Source: Saprospiraceae bacterium
GTDB taxonomy: Bacteria > Bacteroidota > Bacteroidia > Chitinophagales > Saprospiraceae
NCBI GenBank assembly: GCA_016787415.1
Contig: JAEUUT010000213.1
Span: forward strand, 8,054 to 72,053
Direction of reading: 5' to 3'
Length of the DNA: 64,000 bases
A program made the position numbers and the translations under genes. Positions within the stretch are counted from its first letter, which is position 1. Each line of letters starts with the position of its first letter. This document shows positions 54,637-64,000 of the stretch, piece by piece. The notes under the pieces were generated by a model. That model did not search any database, was not told the origin of the DNA, and worked only from the letters and a program-made list of their open reading frames with translations.

Positions 54637-57491
54637 ACAGCCGCGTACTCCTCGACCGGCGGGCACGTACACACCAAATTCCGGTCGCCATAAGCCTGAT
54701 CGATTCTACTCACAGCAGGCCAGAATTTGAAGCCCTGGCGCAGATATGGCAGCGGGAAAGCGGCTTTTTCACGGCTGTACTTGTGCGGCCATTCATCGGC
54801 AGATACATCCTGCACCGTGTGCGGCGCATTGTGCAACACATTGTCTTCGGCATCAGCATGGCCCATCGCAATTTCATCAATTTCCTTGCGGATGGCAAGC
54901 AGTGCATCGCAGAAACGATCGAGTTCTGCTTTGCTTTCGCTTTCCGTCGGCTCTATCATGATAGTGCCGGCTACCGGAAATGATAAAGTAGGCGCGTGAA
55001 AACCGTAGTCGACCAGTCGTTTGGCCAAGTCTTCAGCGCTTACAATTGATTTGAACGGACGCAGGTCGACGATCATTTCGTGTGCACAGCGGCCATTTTC
55101 GCCGACATACAGAATATCGTAAGCCGTTTCGAGGCGCGCTTTGATGTAGTTGGCGTTCAGGATAGCGTATTTGGTGGCGTTCGTTACGCCTTCTGCACCC
55201 AGCATTTTGATATAGGCATAGGAAATCAGCAAAATGCTGGCGCTGCCCCAGGGCGCAGCACTGATAGCCGTGGCGCCTGCCGAGCCGCCCGTTTCAGCAA
55301 ATACGTGGCCGGGCAGGTAAGGCGCCAGGCTGGCATTGCAGCAGATAGGGCCCATGCCCGGGCCGCCACCGCCGTGCGGAATAGCAAAAGTTTTGTGCAG
55401 GTTGAGGTGGCATACGTCGGCGCCGATGGTAGCCGGACTCGTCAGACCTACCTGAGCATTCATATTGGCGCCATCCATGTACACCTTACCGCCGTGGCGA
55501 TGAATGATGTCGCACACTTCAATGATAGATGTTTCAAACACACCGTGTGTAGACGGATAGGTTACCATCAGGCAGGAAAGATTGTCGGCATGCTGTTCAG
55601 CCTTTGCCCGAAGGTCGGCCACGTCGATATTGCCGCGTTCGTCGCAGGCCACTACCACCACTTGCATGGCCGCCATAACGGCGCTGGCAGGGTTGGTACC
55701 ATGAGCAGAAGAAGGAATCAGGGCCACATTGCGATGCGCATCTCCGCGCGCCAGGTGGTAGCCGCGAATGGCCATAAGGCCTGCATATTCGCCCTGAGCA
55801 CCCGAGTTGGGTTGCAGGGAGCAGGCTTCGAACCCGGTGATTTCACAAAGATATTGTTCCAGTTCGCGAATAATTTGGGCATAACCCTGCACCTGATCGG
55901 CGGGCATAAACGGGTGCATATTGGCCCAGTTTTCCCAACTGACGGGTATCATTTCCGTTGCAGCGTTCAGTTTCATGGTACACGACCCCAGCGAAATCAT
56001 GGAATGCATGAGCGAGAGGTCTGCATTTTCGAGGCGTTTGATGTAGCGCATCATATCCGACTCGGTGTGGTAGGAATTGAACACCGGATGAGTCAGGTAC
56101 GCGCTTTCGCGGGTGAGCGCAGCCGGCAGCGGGGATGCTACGGCTTGTACAGGCGTTGAAATGCCGAATACCCGTAGGATGTCGTTGAGGTCTTTCTCGG
56201 TCGTTGTTTCATCCAGCGCAATTTGAATGGCGCCAGCGGAATAAAAGAAATTGATACCCTCGGCCACTGCTTTATTGCGGATTTCCATTGCTTTTGTCGC
56301 ATCTACGGAAATGCTAATGGTATCGAAAAAATGTGCGTTTTGAACCGAAAAACCGCCCGCCTGCAAGGCCGAGGCGAGGCTGGATGCCATGGCATGGGCA
56401 CGTTCGGCGATGGCGCGAATACCTGCCGGGCCATGGTACACCGCGTACATAGCCGCCATGTTAGCCAGCAGTGCCTGCGCTGTGCAGATATTGGAAGTGG
56501 CTTTTTCGCGGCGGATGTGTTGCTCGCGGGTTTGCAGGGCCATGCGCAGTGCGCGTCGGCCGTGTTTGTCTACCGATACGCCGATGATACGGCCTGGAAT
56601 CTGGCGTTTAAAATCGTCGGAACAGGAAAAAAACGCCGCATGCGGGCCGCCATAACCCATTGGCACCCCAAAGCGCTGGCTATTGCCCACTGCGCAGTCG
56701 GCGCCCCACTCGCCCGGAGGCGTGAGCACAGCCAAAGCCAGCAGATCGGTAGCCACACACACGTATGCGCCATTGGCTTTTGCTTTTTCCACAAAAGCCC
56801 GATAGTCGGACACCGTACCTTGCGCGTCCGGGTATTGCAACAACACGCCGAATGTTTTTTCAGAAAACTCGTACGTACGCCAGTCGCCGCTCACCAGTCG
56901 GATACCCTGTGGTAAAGCGCGGGTTTGGAGCACATCGAATGTTTGTGAAAAAACATGTTGATCCACAAAAAACTCGTCGGCTTCTTCGCCTGCTTTGGCG
57001 CGCTTGTTTTTTTCTGCATAAAACATGTGCATGGCCTCTGCGGCGGCTGTGCCTTCGTCCAGCAAACTTGCATTGGCAATGGGCAGCCCGGTGAGGTCGC
57101 TCACCATGGTCTGAAAATTGAGCAGGCTTTCGAGGCGTCCTTGCGCAATTTCAGCCTGATAAGGCGTGTATTGGGTGTACCAACCCGGATTTTGGAACAC
57201 ATTGCGGGAAATAACAGCCGGCGTGATGTTTCCATAATAGCCCATGCCGATGTAGTTGCGCATGACGCGGTTTTTCAGCGCGGCCATTTTCAATTCCTGC
57301 AGGTATTCAAATTCTGAAAGCGCAGGGGGCAGGTTGAGCGGCTTTTTCAAGCGGATGCTTGCTGGAACCGTTTGTTCAATCAGTTCATCCAGGGATGAAA
57401 CTTTAAGGGTTTGGAGCATGCCGGTGGTGTCGGCCGACTGAGGGCCGATGTGCCGGCGCTCGAAATGATCAGGGTGTGGGAAGAGTCCCAT
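54633..57491 (-). CDS. gcvP: glycine dehydrogenase (aminomethyl-transferring), single-chain P-protein of the glycine cleavage system
   Basis: 952 aa. [30 protein letters not shown], and the PLP-Lys context [19 protein letters not shown]. Confidence 0.97.
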   Translation of the reverse strand: MGLFPHPDHFERRHIGPQSADTTGMLQTLKVSSLDELIEQTVPASIRLKKPLNLPPALSEFEYLQELKMAALKNRVMRNYIGMGYYGNITPAVISRNVFQNPGWYTQYTPYQAEIAQGRLESLLNFQTMVSDLTGLPIANASLLDEGTAAAEAMHMFYAEKNKRAKAGEEADEFFVDQHVFSQTFDVLQTRALPQGIRLVSGDWRTYEFSEKTFGVLLQYPDAQGTVSDYRAFVEKAKANGAYVCVATDLLALAVLTPPGEWGADCAVGNSQRFGVPMGYGGPHAAFFSCSDDFKRQIPGRIIGVSVDKHGRRALRMALQTREQHIRREKATSNICTAQALLANMAAMYAVYHGPAGIRAIAERAHAMASSLASALQAGGFSVQNAHFFDTISISVDATKAMEIRNKAVAEGINFFYSAGAIQIALDETTTEKDLNDILRVFGISTPVQAVASPLPAALTRESAYLTHPVFNSYHTESDMMRYIKRLENADLSLMHSMISLGSCTMKLNAATEMIPVSWENWANMHPFMPADQVQGYAQIIRELEQYLCEITGFEACSLQPNSGAQGEYAGLMAIRGYHLARGDAHRNVALIPSSAHGTNPASAVMAAMQVVVVACDERGNIDVADLRAKAEQHADNLSCLMVTYPSTHGVFETSIIEVCDIIHRHGGKVYMDGANMNAQVGLTSPATIGADVCHLNLHKTFAIPHGGGGPGMGPICCNASLAPYLPGHVFAETGGSAGATAISAAPWGSASILLISYAYIKMLGAEGVTNATKYAILNANYIKARLETAYDILYVGENGRCAHEMIVDLRPFKSIVSAEDLAKRLVDYGFHAPTLSFPVAGTIMIEPTESESKAELDRFCDALLAIRKEIDEIAMGHADAEDNVLHNAPHTVQDVSADEWPHKYSREKAAFPLPYLRQGFKFWPAVSRIDQAYGDRNLVCTCPPVEEYAAV

Positions 57492-57651
57492 ATGGAGAAG
57501 TTTGGCGTAAAGTGAGTGAAAATTTCCTGGTGCTCAAAAACGCCGCGAAGATAGGAATTGTTCAGGTCATTCGTGCCATACCAACTACTGCTGAGTGCCG
57601 GAATGATCTGAAAAAATGTAGCAGGTCAGAATCATTTCGCACATTTGCGGC

Positions 57652-58539
57652 ATGAGAACCTATCCAGGCAAACTCCTGCTATTTGGTGAACACGTTCTGT
57701 TGCTGGGAGCATCGGCGCTGGCCGTACCTGTGCCCGCATTCAGCGGTGGATGGCAGCAAAGAAAACACCCGCATGTACAGAACAACCTGATTCAATTTGC
57801 TGAAAGCGAGGCACTTGCAAGTATTGATACAATAGATACACAGCAATTCAAACAGGATGTCGAGCAAGGATGGGTGTTCGATTCGAATATCCCAACCGGT
57901 TATGGACTGGGCAGTTCGGGCGCCTTGTGTGCAGGCATCTACGATCGATATGTGAAGGACAAAAGCACTGACCCCTCGGCTTTGAAGGCCATTTTCGGTC
58001 GAATGGAGGACTATTTTCATGGCGCTAGTTCGGGCATTGATCCGCTGACGAGTTACCTGAATACGCCGCTGCTGATTCAACAAAAAACGGAGGTTTCCTT
58101 GGCACAGCCTTGCTCCTGGGCGAACGAACCCGTGGTTTTTCTGCTAGACACCCTCCTGCCACGACAAACAGGGCCGCTGGTAAACTGGTTTCTGGAGCAA
58201 AGCCGCGAAGGCGAATTTTCGAAAGCACTTTCCGAACAATTGCTGCCTGCCCATGAAGCGATGGTGAAGGCCTGGCTGGATGCCGACGAGCAGGAATTTT
58301 GGCTACATTTGCACACCGTGTCGCAATTTCAACTGGAATATTTCACGCCTATGGTTCCGGCAGGTATGAATAGCCTGTGGGAAAAAAGTCTTGCAGAGAA
58401 AGAAATTCGTTTAAAAATTTGTGGCGCGGGTGGCGGCGGATACATGCTTGGGTTTGCACACGATCACCAGGCGGCAAAAACATTTGCAGGGCCTCATCCG
58501 ATTGTTTTTCCATTCGATCAATCAGCACTACATGGGTAA
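57652..58539 (+). CDS. GHMP-family kinase (mevalonate-kinase-like)
   Basis: KLLLFGEHVLLLG and the GHMP ATP motif PTGYGLGSSGALCAG. Confidence 0.75.
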   Translation: MRTYPGKLLLFGEHVLLLGASALAVPVPAFSGGWQQRKHPHVQNNLIQFAESEALASIDTIDTQQFKQDVEQGWVFDSNIPTGYGLGSSGALCAGIYDRYVKDKSTDPSALKAIFGRMEDYFHGASSGIDPLTSYLNTPLLIQQKTEVSLAQPCSWANEPVVFLLDTLLPRQTGPLVNWFLEQSREGEFSKALSEQLLPAHEAMVKAWLDADEQEFWLHLHTVSQFQLEYFTPMVPAGMNSLWEKSLAEKEIRLKICGAGGGGYMLGFAHDHQAAKTFAGPHPIVFPFDQSALHG

Positions 58540-59779
58540 AAAACGCTTTCGTTCGGTCATTCGGGTACTGGGATTTTTCCTGGTGCTGGCATTGCTACGC
58601 GATGTGCTGGCCAACGGGCGCCCCTTGTATTGCCGAATCGGAGGAGAGGCTTATTTTCCGGGCCTGCGCAGCATCTGGGCCGACAAGGATTTGCCGTACA
58701 GTGCGCCTGCACTTCGGAGAATTCAACAGTTGCCTCAAACATTTGAAGCCTGGAAGGATGAAAAGAATTACGACGAGTCGCCCGTTTTTGCGCTGATTCC
58801 ATTCAGTCCGGGCGAATATTCCCGCCAGAACCCGGCCTCCTTTCTCCATCCGGGGCAAATACACCCGGGCATGAGCAGCCGATTTCGGCACTGGCTGGGC
58901 ACCGATGAAGGAGGGCATGATGTGGCAGCCGGTATCGTTTCCGGTGCGCGTATTGCCTTGATGGTGAGCCTGTTGTCGATGGGAATTGCAGGTATATTGG
59001 GTGTTTTACTGGGCGCACTGGCGGGTTTTTGGGGCGATTATCGTTTGCGTATTCCCTGGTTGACATTGAGTTGCACGATCATAAGTATACCGATTGCCTA
59101 TTTTTACGCCGTCATTGCACGCCAATACGAACTGGAAAATGCCGCTTCCGTGAGCGAATGGGGAAAAAGCCTGTTGATATTTGTGCTGATCATGCTGGGC
59201 GTACGGCAGGCCAGCAAGTTTGCAGATAAATGGCTGCAAACCAGCCTGGTAACAGTACCCATCGACCTGCTGCTGATGCGCCTGACAGAGATATTCAATG
59301 CCGTGCCGAAACTCATTTTTATTCTGATCGTAGCAGCCTTGTTGCCCTACAACCAGAACATCTGGGTGCTGATTGCTTTGATCGGGTTATTGAACTGGAC
59401 AGACATTGCGTTGTTTGTACGCTCTGAATTGCTGCGCGTGCGGGAACTGGATTATGTGACAGCCGCGCGGGCGATGGGTTTTTCGGACAGGCGGACGTTC
59501 TGGCGACATGCTTTTCCGAATGCGTTGCGGCCTGCGCTGGTTATTTTCGCCTTCAACATGGCCAATGCTATCCTGTTGGAAGCGGCCCTGTCGTTTCTGG
59601 GTTTCGGTGGCAACACCTTGCGCGGCATTTCATGGGGAAGCCTGCTGGAAAGTGTGCGGGTGCAACCCGGCGCCTGGTGGGTGGGAATACCTTCCGGACT
59701 TGCCATAGCGCTTACTGTGATGACAATCAACAATTTGGGAGAATTACTTGCGAGTAAACCTGCCCGAAGCACTACCTGA
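58532..59779 (+). CDS. ABC transporter permease (DppC/OppC-like) with extended N-terminus
   Basis: ATG at 58532 overlaps the kinase stop by 8 nt. EAA-loop context DYVTAARAMGFSDRRTFWRHAFPNALRPALV. Confidence 0.8.
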   Translation: MGKKRFRSVIRVLGFFLVLALLRDVLANGRPLYCRIGGEAYFPGLRSIWADKDLPYSAPALRRIQQLPQTFEAWKDEKNYDESPVFALIPFSPGEYSRQNPASFLHPGQIHPGMSSRFRHWLGTDEGGHDVAAGIVSGARIALMVSLLSMGIAGILGVLLGALAGFWGDYRLRIPWLTLSCTIISIPIAYFYAVIARQYELENAASVSEWGKSLLIFVLIMLGVRQASKFADKWLQTSLVTVPIDLLLMRLTEIFNAVPKLIFILIVAALLPYNQNIWVLIALIGLLNWTDIALFVRSELLRVRELDYVTAARAMGFSDRRTFWRHAFPNALRPALVIFAFNMANAILLEAALSFLGFGGNTLRGISWGSLLESVRVQPGAWWVGIPSGLAIALTVMTINNLGELLASKPARSTT

Positions 59780-59815
59780 CCTACAACCAAATTTCGCATT
59801 CGATGTTTTCTGGCT

Positions 59816-61495
59816 ATGCGGCGTGACCATTTACTACTCATCGGCCTAGGCTTGTTGCTTTTTTTCCCTTTCCTCGGTGCTGTGCACCTGTTCGATTGGG
59901 ATGAAATCAATTTTGCGGAATGTTCCCGGGAAATGTTGCTTACAGGCGACTGGTTCCGGCCGCAAATCGATTTTGAGCCTTTCTGGGAAAAACCTCCGTT
60001 TTTCCTTTGGATACAGGCGCTTTCCATGCATGTTTTCGGGGTAAATGAGTGGGCAGCACGGCTTCCCAATGCCCTTTGCGGGCTGGCTACCCTGCTGCTG
60101 GTGTATCGCCTGGGTACGCGCCTGCACGACCGGCTGTTCGGCTGGCTTTGGGCGCTGGCATGGATGGGCAGTATTTTGCCGCACCTGTATTTCAAAAGCG
60201 GCATCATCGATCCGTGGTTCAACTTCTTCATTTTCTGCGGGTTGTACGGGTTTATTGAATTTCGCTGGCAGTTTTTTTGTGTAAAAACGCCGCGTTCCTT
60301 CTGGGCCAAGTATAAGTACCTGCTGACGGGTGGCGTGATGCTGGGGCTGGCCATTCTGACCAAGGGGCCTACGGCCTACCTGATTGTCATGCTGGTGCTG
60401 GTGTTGTATTGGGCACGTTACCGCTTTAAAGGGCGAGGCTACCTCAAGCACATGGTGATATTTTCGCTGGCAGCCTCACTGGCAGCACTTATGTGGTTTG
60501 GGCTGGAAGTGCTCGTTCACGGTCCCTGGTTTGTGCAGGAGTTCATTACGTATCAGATTCGACTGTTTACCACCCAGGATGCCGGCCACGGAGGTTTTTT
60601 CGGGTATCATGCCGTGGTATTGCTGCTCGGTTGTTTTCCGGTATCGGTTTTTGCAATGCCCAATCTCTGGGGCGACCGGCAGTCGGAAGATGAAATGCTG
60701 GAATCGGACACGCTTGCTTCCTGCGAGCGCTCGGATTTTGGCACCTGGATGCAAATCCTGTTTTGGGTAGTGCTGGTGTTGTTCAGCATTGTGCAGACCA
60801 AGATTGTGCATTATTCATCGTTGTGCTATTTCCCACTTACTTATCTGGGGGCGGTTACCTTGTGGCGTGCTATCCGATGGGACGTTTACCCAAAAATTTC
60901 AGGCATTTTGCTGGCCATCGGGCTTTTGCCTGGCATTGCAGTGGCAGCACTACCCTATCTGGGCCAGCACCTCGAATTGTTAAAACCTTTGTTTGCCAAA
61001 GACCCCTTTGCTCTCGCCAACCTGGAGGCCGGCATAATCTGGAAAGCCTGGCAGGGCTTGCCGGGCGTATTGCTCATTTTGGCAACCCTCGCGGCCATGT
61101 ATTTCTGGTGGAAAAAGCAGGCCTGGATGACTGCCCAGGTGGCATTCGTAGGCGGCGCTGCTTTTACGTCCATGACCCTGTTGTTTATCGTGTGCAATAT
61201 TGAGGGGTATTCTCAGCGGGCGGCCATCGAGTTTTATGAAAGCAAGGCTGCGGAAGATTGCTTTATCAAGCCTGTGGGTTTCAAAAGTTATGCGCATTTG
61301 TATTATTCCTGCAAGCGGCCGCTGACAGGAGATGTACACATCGACGACATGGATTCGCTGGTGCATGGTCACCCGGGCAGAAATGTTTATTTTGTTGCCA
61401 AAATCAATCGCCTCGAAGGGCTTCCGGAAATACCCGGCTGCCATGAACTGTATCGGAAAAACGGATTTGTGTTTTTTGAGAAAAAACCGAACTGA
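59816..61495 (+). CDS. GT39/ArnT-like glycosyl (undecaprenyl-phosphate-sugar dependent) transferase
   Basis: LFDWDEINFAECSREML...EKPPFFLWIQALSM, then more than 10 TM helices, with a soluble C-terminal domain. Confidence 0.8.
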   Translation: MRRDHLLLIGLGLLLFFPFLGAVHLFDWDEINFAECSREMLLTGDWFRPQIDFEPFWEKPPFFLWIQALSMHVFGVNEWAARLPNALCGLATLLLVYRLGTRLHDRLFGWLWALAWMGSILPHLYFKSGIIDPWFNFFIFCGLYGFIEFRWQFFCVKTPRSFWAKYKYLLTGGVMLGLAILTKGPTAYLIVMLVLVLYWARYRFKGRGYLKHMVIFSLAASLAALMWFGLEVLVHGPWFVQEFITYQIRLFTTQDAGHGGFFGYHAVVLLLGCFPVSVFAMPNLWGDRQSEDEMLESDTLASCERSDFGTWMQILFWVVLVLFSIVQTKIVHYSSLCYFPLTYLGAVTLWRAIRWDVYPKISGILLAIGLLPGIAVAALPYLGQHLELLKPLFAKDPFALANLEAGIIWKAWQGLPGVLLILATLAAMYFWWKKQAWMTAQVAFVGGAAFTSMTLLFIVCNIEGYSQRAAIEFYESKAAEDCFIKPVGFKSYAHLYYSCKRPLTGDVHIDDMDSLVHGHPGRNVYFVAKINRLEGLPEIPGCHELYRKNGFVFFEKKPN

Positions 61496-61825
61496 TTACA
61501 ACGAAAAAATCCGTTGCATCAGCATCCATTTTTCACCAGGTTTTGCGGTGGGCAGTGCTTTTTGATAGCGCCACATCAGCGTTTCCCAGTCCTGCACCCT
61601 GGCATTGGCAGCATCCATAGCGGCTTTTTTGTCGAAGGAAAAATCTTCGTTTGCTTCCAGAATCATAAACAGGCGGTTTTCGATCCTGTAAATTTCCAGG
61701 CTCAAAATACCCGATGCGCGAATGCTGTCCAGAATTTCAGGCCATACCGCCCGGTGCATGGCTTCATATTCGGCAATGAGCGCCGGGTCGGGTTGGAGGT
61801 CGAGGGCAAGGCAGTAGCGGTGCAT
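61496..61825 (-). CDS. rhaM: L-rhamnose mutarotase
   Basis: 109 aa. YCLALDLQPDPALIAEYEAMHRAVWPEI...LSLEIYRIENRLFMILE is the typical RhaM signature. Confidence 0.85.
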   Translation of the reverse strand: MHRYCLALDLQPDPALIAEYEAMHRAVWPEILDSIRASGILSLEIYRIENRLFMILEANEDFSFDKKAAMDAANARVQDWETLMWRYQKALPTAKPGEKWMLMQRIFSL

Positions 61826-61848
61826 GGTTTTTGATTTACGTGGCTGTC

Positions 61849-64000
61849 TCAGCCTCTTTGCGCTTCCACCACTGCAAACGCCACCATATTGACAATTTCG
61901 CGAACAGTACTGCCCAATTGAAGGACGTGTACAGGCTTGCGAATACCCAGCAAAATAGGACCGATATACTCGATATCGCCCGTTTCTTTCATCAGGTTAT
62001 AAGTGATATTGGAAGCAGAAAGGTTGGGAAAAATGACTGTATTAGCGGGCTCGCCCGATAGTTTGCTGAATGGATAATTTTCCCGAACCAGTTCCATATT
62101 GAAGGCCAGGTGGGCTTGCATTTCACCTTCAATAATCCAATCGGGGTGCTTTTTGTGTAGAATAGCCGTGGCGTTGCGCATTTTTTCGGCATCTTCCCCT
62201 TTGGCGCTGCCAAAACTCGAGTAAGTAGCCAGTGCAATACGCGGTTTGATGTTAAAACGTTCGACACCACGTGCAGTGAGTTCCGTTATTTCCACCAGTT
62301 CTTCTACGCTTGGATTTACATTTATCGTGGTATCGGCAAAGAAAAGCGGGCCTTTTTTGGTCAGCAAAATGTACATCCCGGCCACACGCTGTACGCCTTC
62401 CTGACGGCCGATAATTTCCAGTGCGGGCCGAATCGTATCCGGATAGTTGCGGGTGAGGCCGGAAATCAGCGCATCGGCATCACCTGTTTCCACCATCATA
62501 GCGCCAAAATAATTGCGTTTGCGGATCATTTTCAGCGCATCGGTCTGCACAATACCCTTTCGTTTTCTTTTTTCAAAAAACAGATCGGCATAGCGTTGTG
62601 CCATTTCGGGGTCTTTGGGACGGCGCGTATCGATGATATTGACATCTTTCAGGTCGAGGCTGTGATCCTGAATAATTTTTTCGATAGCAGGAATATCGCC
62701 CAGCAGGATCGGCTCGCAAATGCCTTCGTCGCGCACCTGTTGAATGGCTTTGAGTACCGTCAGGTTTTCGGCATCGGCAAAAACGACGCGTTTGGGCGCC
62801 CGGCGTGCCTTGCTGGTGATAATGCGCGAAATCTGGTTGTCGAGCCCCAGGCGTTTTTCCAGCGTTTGTCTGTAATCGTCCCAGTCGGGAATCTGTTTCT
62901 GCGCCACCCCGTCGAGCACAGCCGCTTCGGCTACTGCCGGCGCCACCGTAGTGAGCAGGCGCGGGTCCATAGGTTTGGGAATGATGTATTGCCTGCCGAA
63001 AACGAGGTTTTTCTCATTGTAAGCCATATTTACAATGTCGGGCACCGGTTTTTTGGCCAGTTCTGCCAGCGCTTTGGTGGCGGCCAGTTTCATGTTTTCG
63101 GTAATTTCCGTAGCCCGTACATCGAGCGCGCCACGGAAGATATAGGGAAACCCCAGCACATTGTTGACCTGATTGGGAAAATCGGAACGACCAGTTGCCA
63201 TGATGAGGTCGTCGCGCACGGCCATCGCCTCATTGTAGCCGATTTCAGGCACCGGATTGGCCATGGCAAATACAATGGGGTCGGGCGCCATCAATTGTAT
63301 CATGTCGCGCGTGACAACATTGCCTACCGACAGCCCCAAAAAGACATCAGCGCTGGTCATGGCGTCTATCAGGGTAGCATCGGCCGACAATCGGTTCGTG
63401 GCAAACTCCTGCATCATTTCGTTCATGCCGGTGCGGTCGGTATGCAGCAGGCCGTCTTTGTCGAACATGATCACATTTTCGCGTCGAACGCCCAGTTGGA
63501 GGTACAGGCGCACGCAGGAGATGGCTGCTGCGCCCGCGCCATTGACCACCAATTGTATGTTTTCAGGGCGTTTACCGACGATTTCCAGGGCATTCAGCAA
63601 GGCGGCTCCGGAAATGATCGCCGTACCGTGCTGGTCGTCGTGCATCACCGGAATTTTCATTTCAGCACGCAATCTACGTTCGATTTCAAAGCATTCAGGC
63701 GCTTTGATATCTTCCAGGTTGACGCCGCCAAAGGTGGGTTCGAGCAGGCGAACGGTTTCAACAAATTTGTCGACGTCTTTCGTATTTACCTCAATATCAA
63801 ACACATCGATGTCGGCATAAATTTTAAACAATACACCTTTGCCTTCCATCACCGGCTTGGAGGCTTCCGGGCCGATATCGCCAAGGCCCAATACCGCCGT
63901 TCCGTTGGTGATGACGGCAACCAGATTGCCCTTGGCGGTGTATTTGTACACATCTTCCCGATTTTCGGCTATGGCCAGGCAGGGTTCGGCAACACCCGGC
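61849..64000 (-). CDS. maeB: NADP-dependent malic enzyme (malic enzyme + PTA-like domain), 5' end beyond the window
   Basis: [33 protein letters not shown] and HDDQHGTA, with a C-terminal phosphate-acetyltransferase-like half. The frame stays open to base 64000 (...[20 protein letters not shown]). Confidence 0.92.
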   Translation of the reverse strand, partial: PGVAEPCLAIAENREDVYKYTAKGNLVAVITNGTAVLGLGDIGPEASKPVMEGKGVLFKIYADIDVFDIEVNTKDVDKFVETVRLLEPTFGGVNLEDIKAPECFEIERRLRAEMKIPVMHDDQHGTAIISGAALLNALEIVGKRPENIQLVVNGAGAAAISCVRLYLQLGVRRENVIMFDKDGLLHTDRTGMNEMMQEFATNRLSADATLIDAMTSADVFLGLSVGNVVTRDMIQLMAPDPIVFAMANPVPEIGYNEAMAVRDDLIMATGRSDFPNQVNNVLGFPYIFRGALDVRATEITENMKLAATKALAELAKKPVPDIVNMAYNEKNLVFGRQYIIPKPMDPRLLTTVAPAVAEAAVLDGVAQKQIPDWDDYRQTLEKRLGLDNQISRIITSKARRAPKRVVFADAENLTVLKAIQQVRDEGICEPILLGDIPAIEKIIQDHSLDLKDVNIIDTRRPKDPEMAQRYADLFFEKRKRKGIVQTDALKMIRKRNYFGAMMVETGDADALISGLTRNYPDTIRPALEIIGRQEGVQRVAGMYILLTKKGPLFFADTTINVNPSVEELVEITELTARGVERFNIKPRIALATYSSFGSAKGEDAEKMRNATAILHKKHPDWIIEGEMQAHLAFNMELVRENYPFSKLSGEPANTVIFPNLSASNITYNLMKETGDIEYIGPILLGIRKPVHVLQLGSTVREIVNMVAFAVVEAQRG

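Noticed and set aside
53958-54730. ORFs 53958..54350 (-), 53926..54357 (+) and 54443..54730 (+) crossing the long inverted repeat and heptamer array.
   Set aside because: Their sequence is dictated by the palindrome and heptamer repeats, or is antisense to the 120-aa gene and gcvP. No start context or motifs are present.
57492-57651. Possible glycine riboswitch in the gcvP 5' leader (minus strand).
   Set aside because: I read the reverse complement of the 160-nt leader and found no GGAGAG...ACCGAAGGGGCAA-type conserved cores. No tandem aptamer-like structure is evident.

Overview
The window is a 64-kb chromosomal segment that looks like Bacteroidota. Support: several T9SS type-A and type-B C-terminal sorting domains, LytTR two-component pairs, TAnnTTTG-type -7 boxes and lipoprotein-rich content. 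I support about 50 protein-coding genes. By eye I saw no rRNA, tRNA, CRISPR array, transposase, integrase or reverse transcriptase. All family calls come from motifs read in the translations; no database search was run.

Gene content, left to right:
- a RES/Xre toxin-antitoxin pair whose antitoxin is unusually long and carries TPR repeats
- LamG lipoprotein, MFS transporter, Gfo/Idh/MocA oxidoreductase, outer-membrane beta-barrel
- an ADH + SDR pair divergent from hxlR, with twin palindromic operators between them
- FkbM methyltransferase + GT4 glycosyltransferase + an AT-rich 478-aa unknown protein
- DUF1573 protein, glycosylasparaginase, CDF transporter
- TetR + TolC/MFP/RND efflux operon
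- an M43-like metalloprotease followed by three tandem mosaic T9SS-cargo paralogs
- PhyH-like dioxygenase and two LytS/LytTR pairs
- a NarL-type two-component system directly upstream of an uncharacterised three-gene module (193-aa protein, 7-TM protein, signal-less S8 subtilase)
- alpha/beta hydrolase, a CXXCH lipoprotein, an FMO-like flavoprotein, tsaC, more T9SS cargo
- gcvP, GHMP kinase, an orphan ABC permease, GT39-like transferase, rhaM, and maeB (truncated by the window end)

Most interesting items:
1. The response regulator / unknown / 7-TM / S8 module at 37.4-40.8 kb, which is bracketed by similar hairpin motifs.
2. The TPR-extended RES antitoxin.
3. The mosaic triplicated T9SS cargo genes.
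4. Locus-specific heptanucleotide tandem or inverted arrays that start at or next to stop codons, plus other repeated palindromic intergenic elements.
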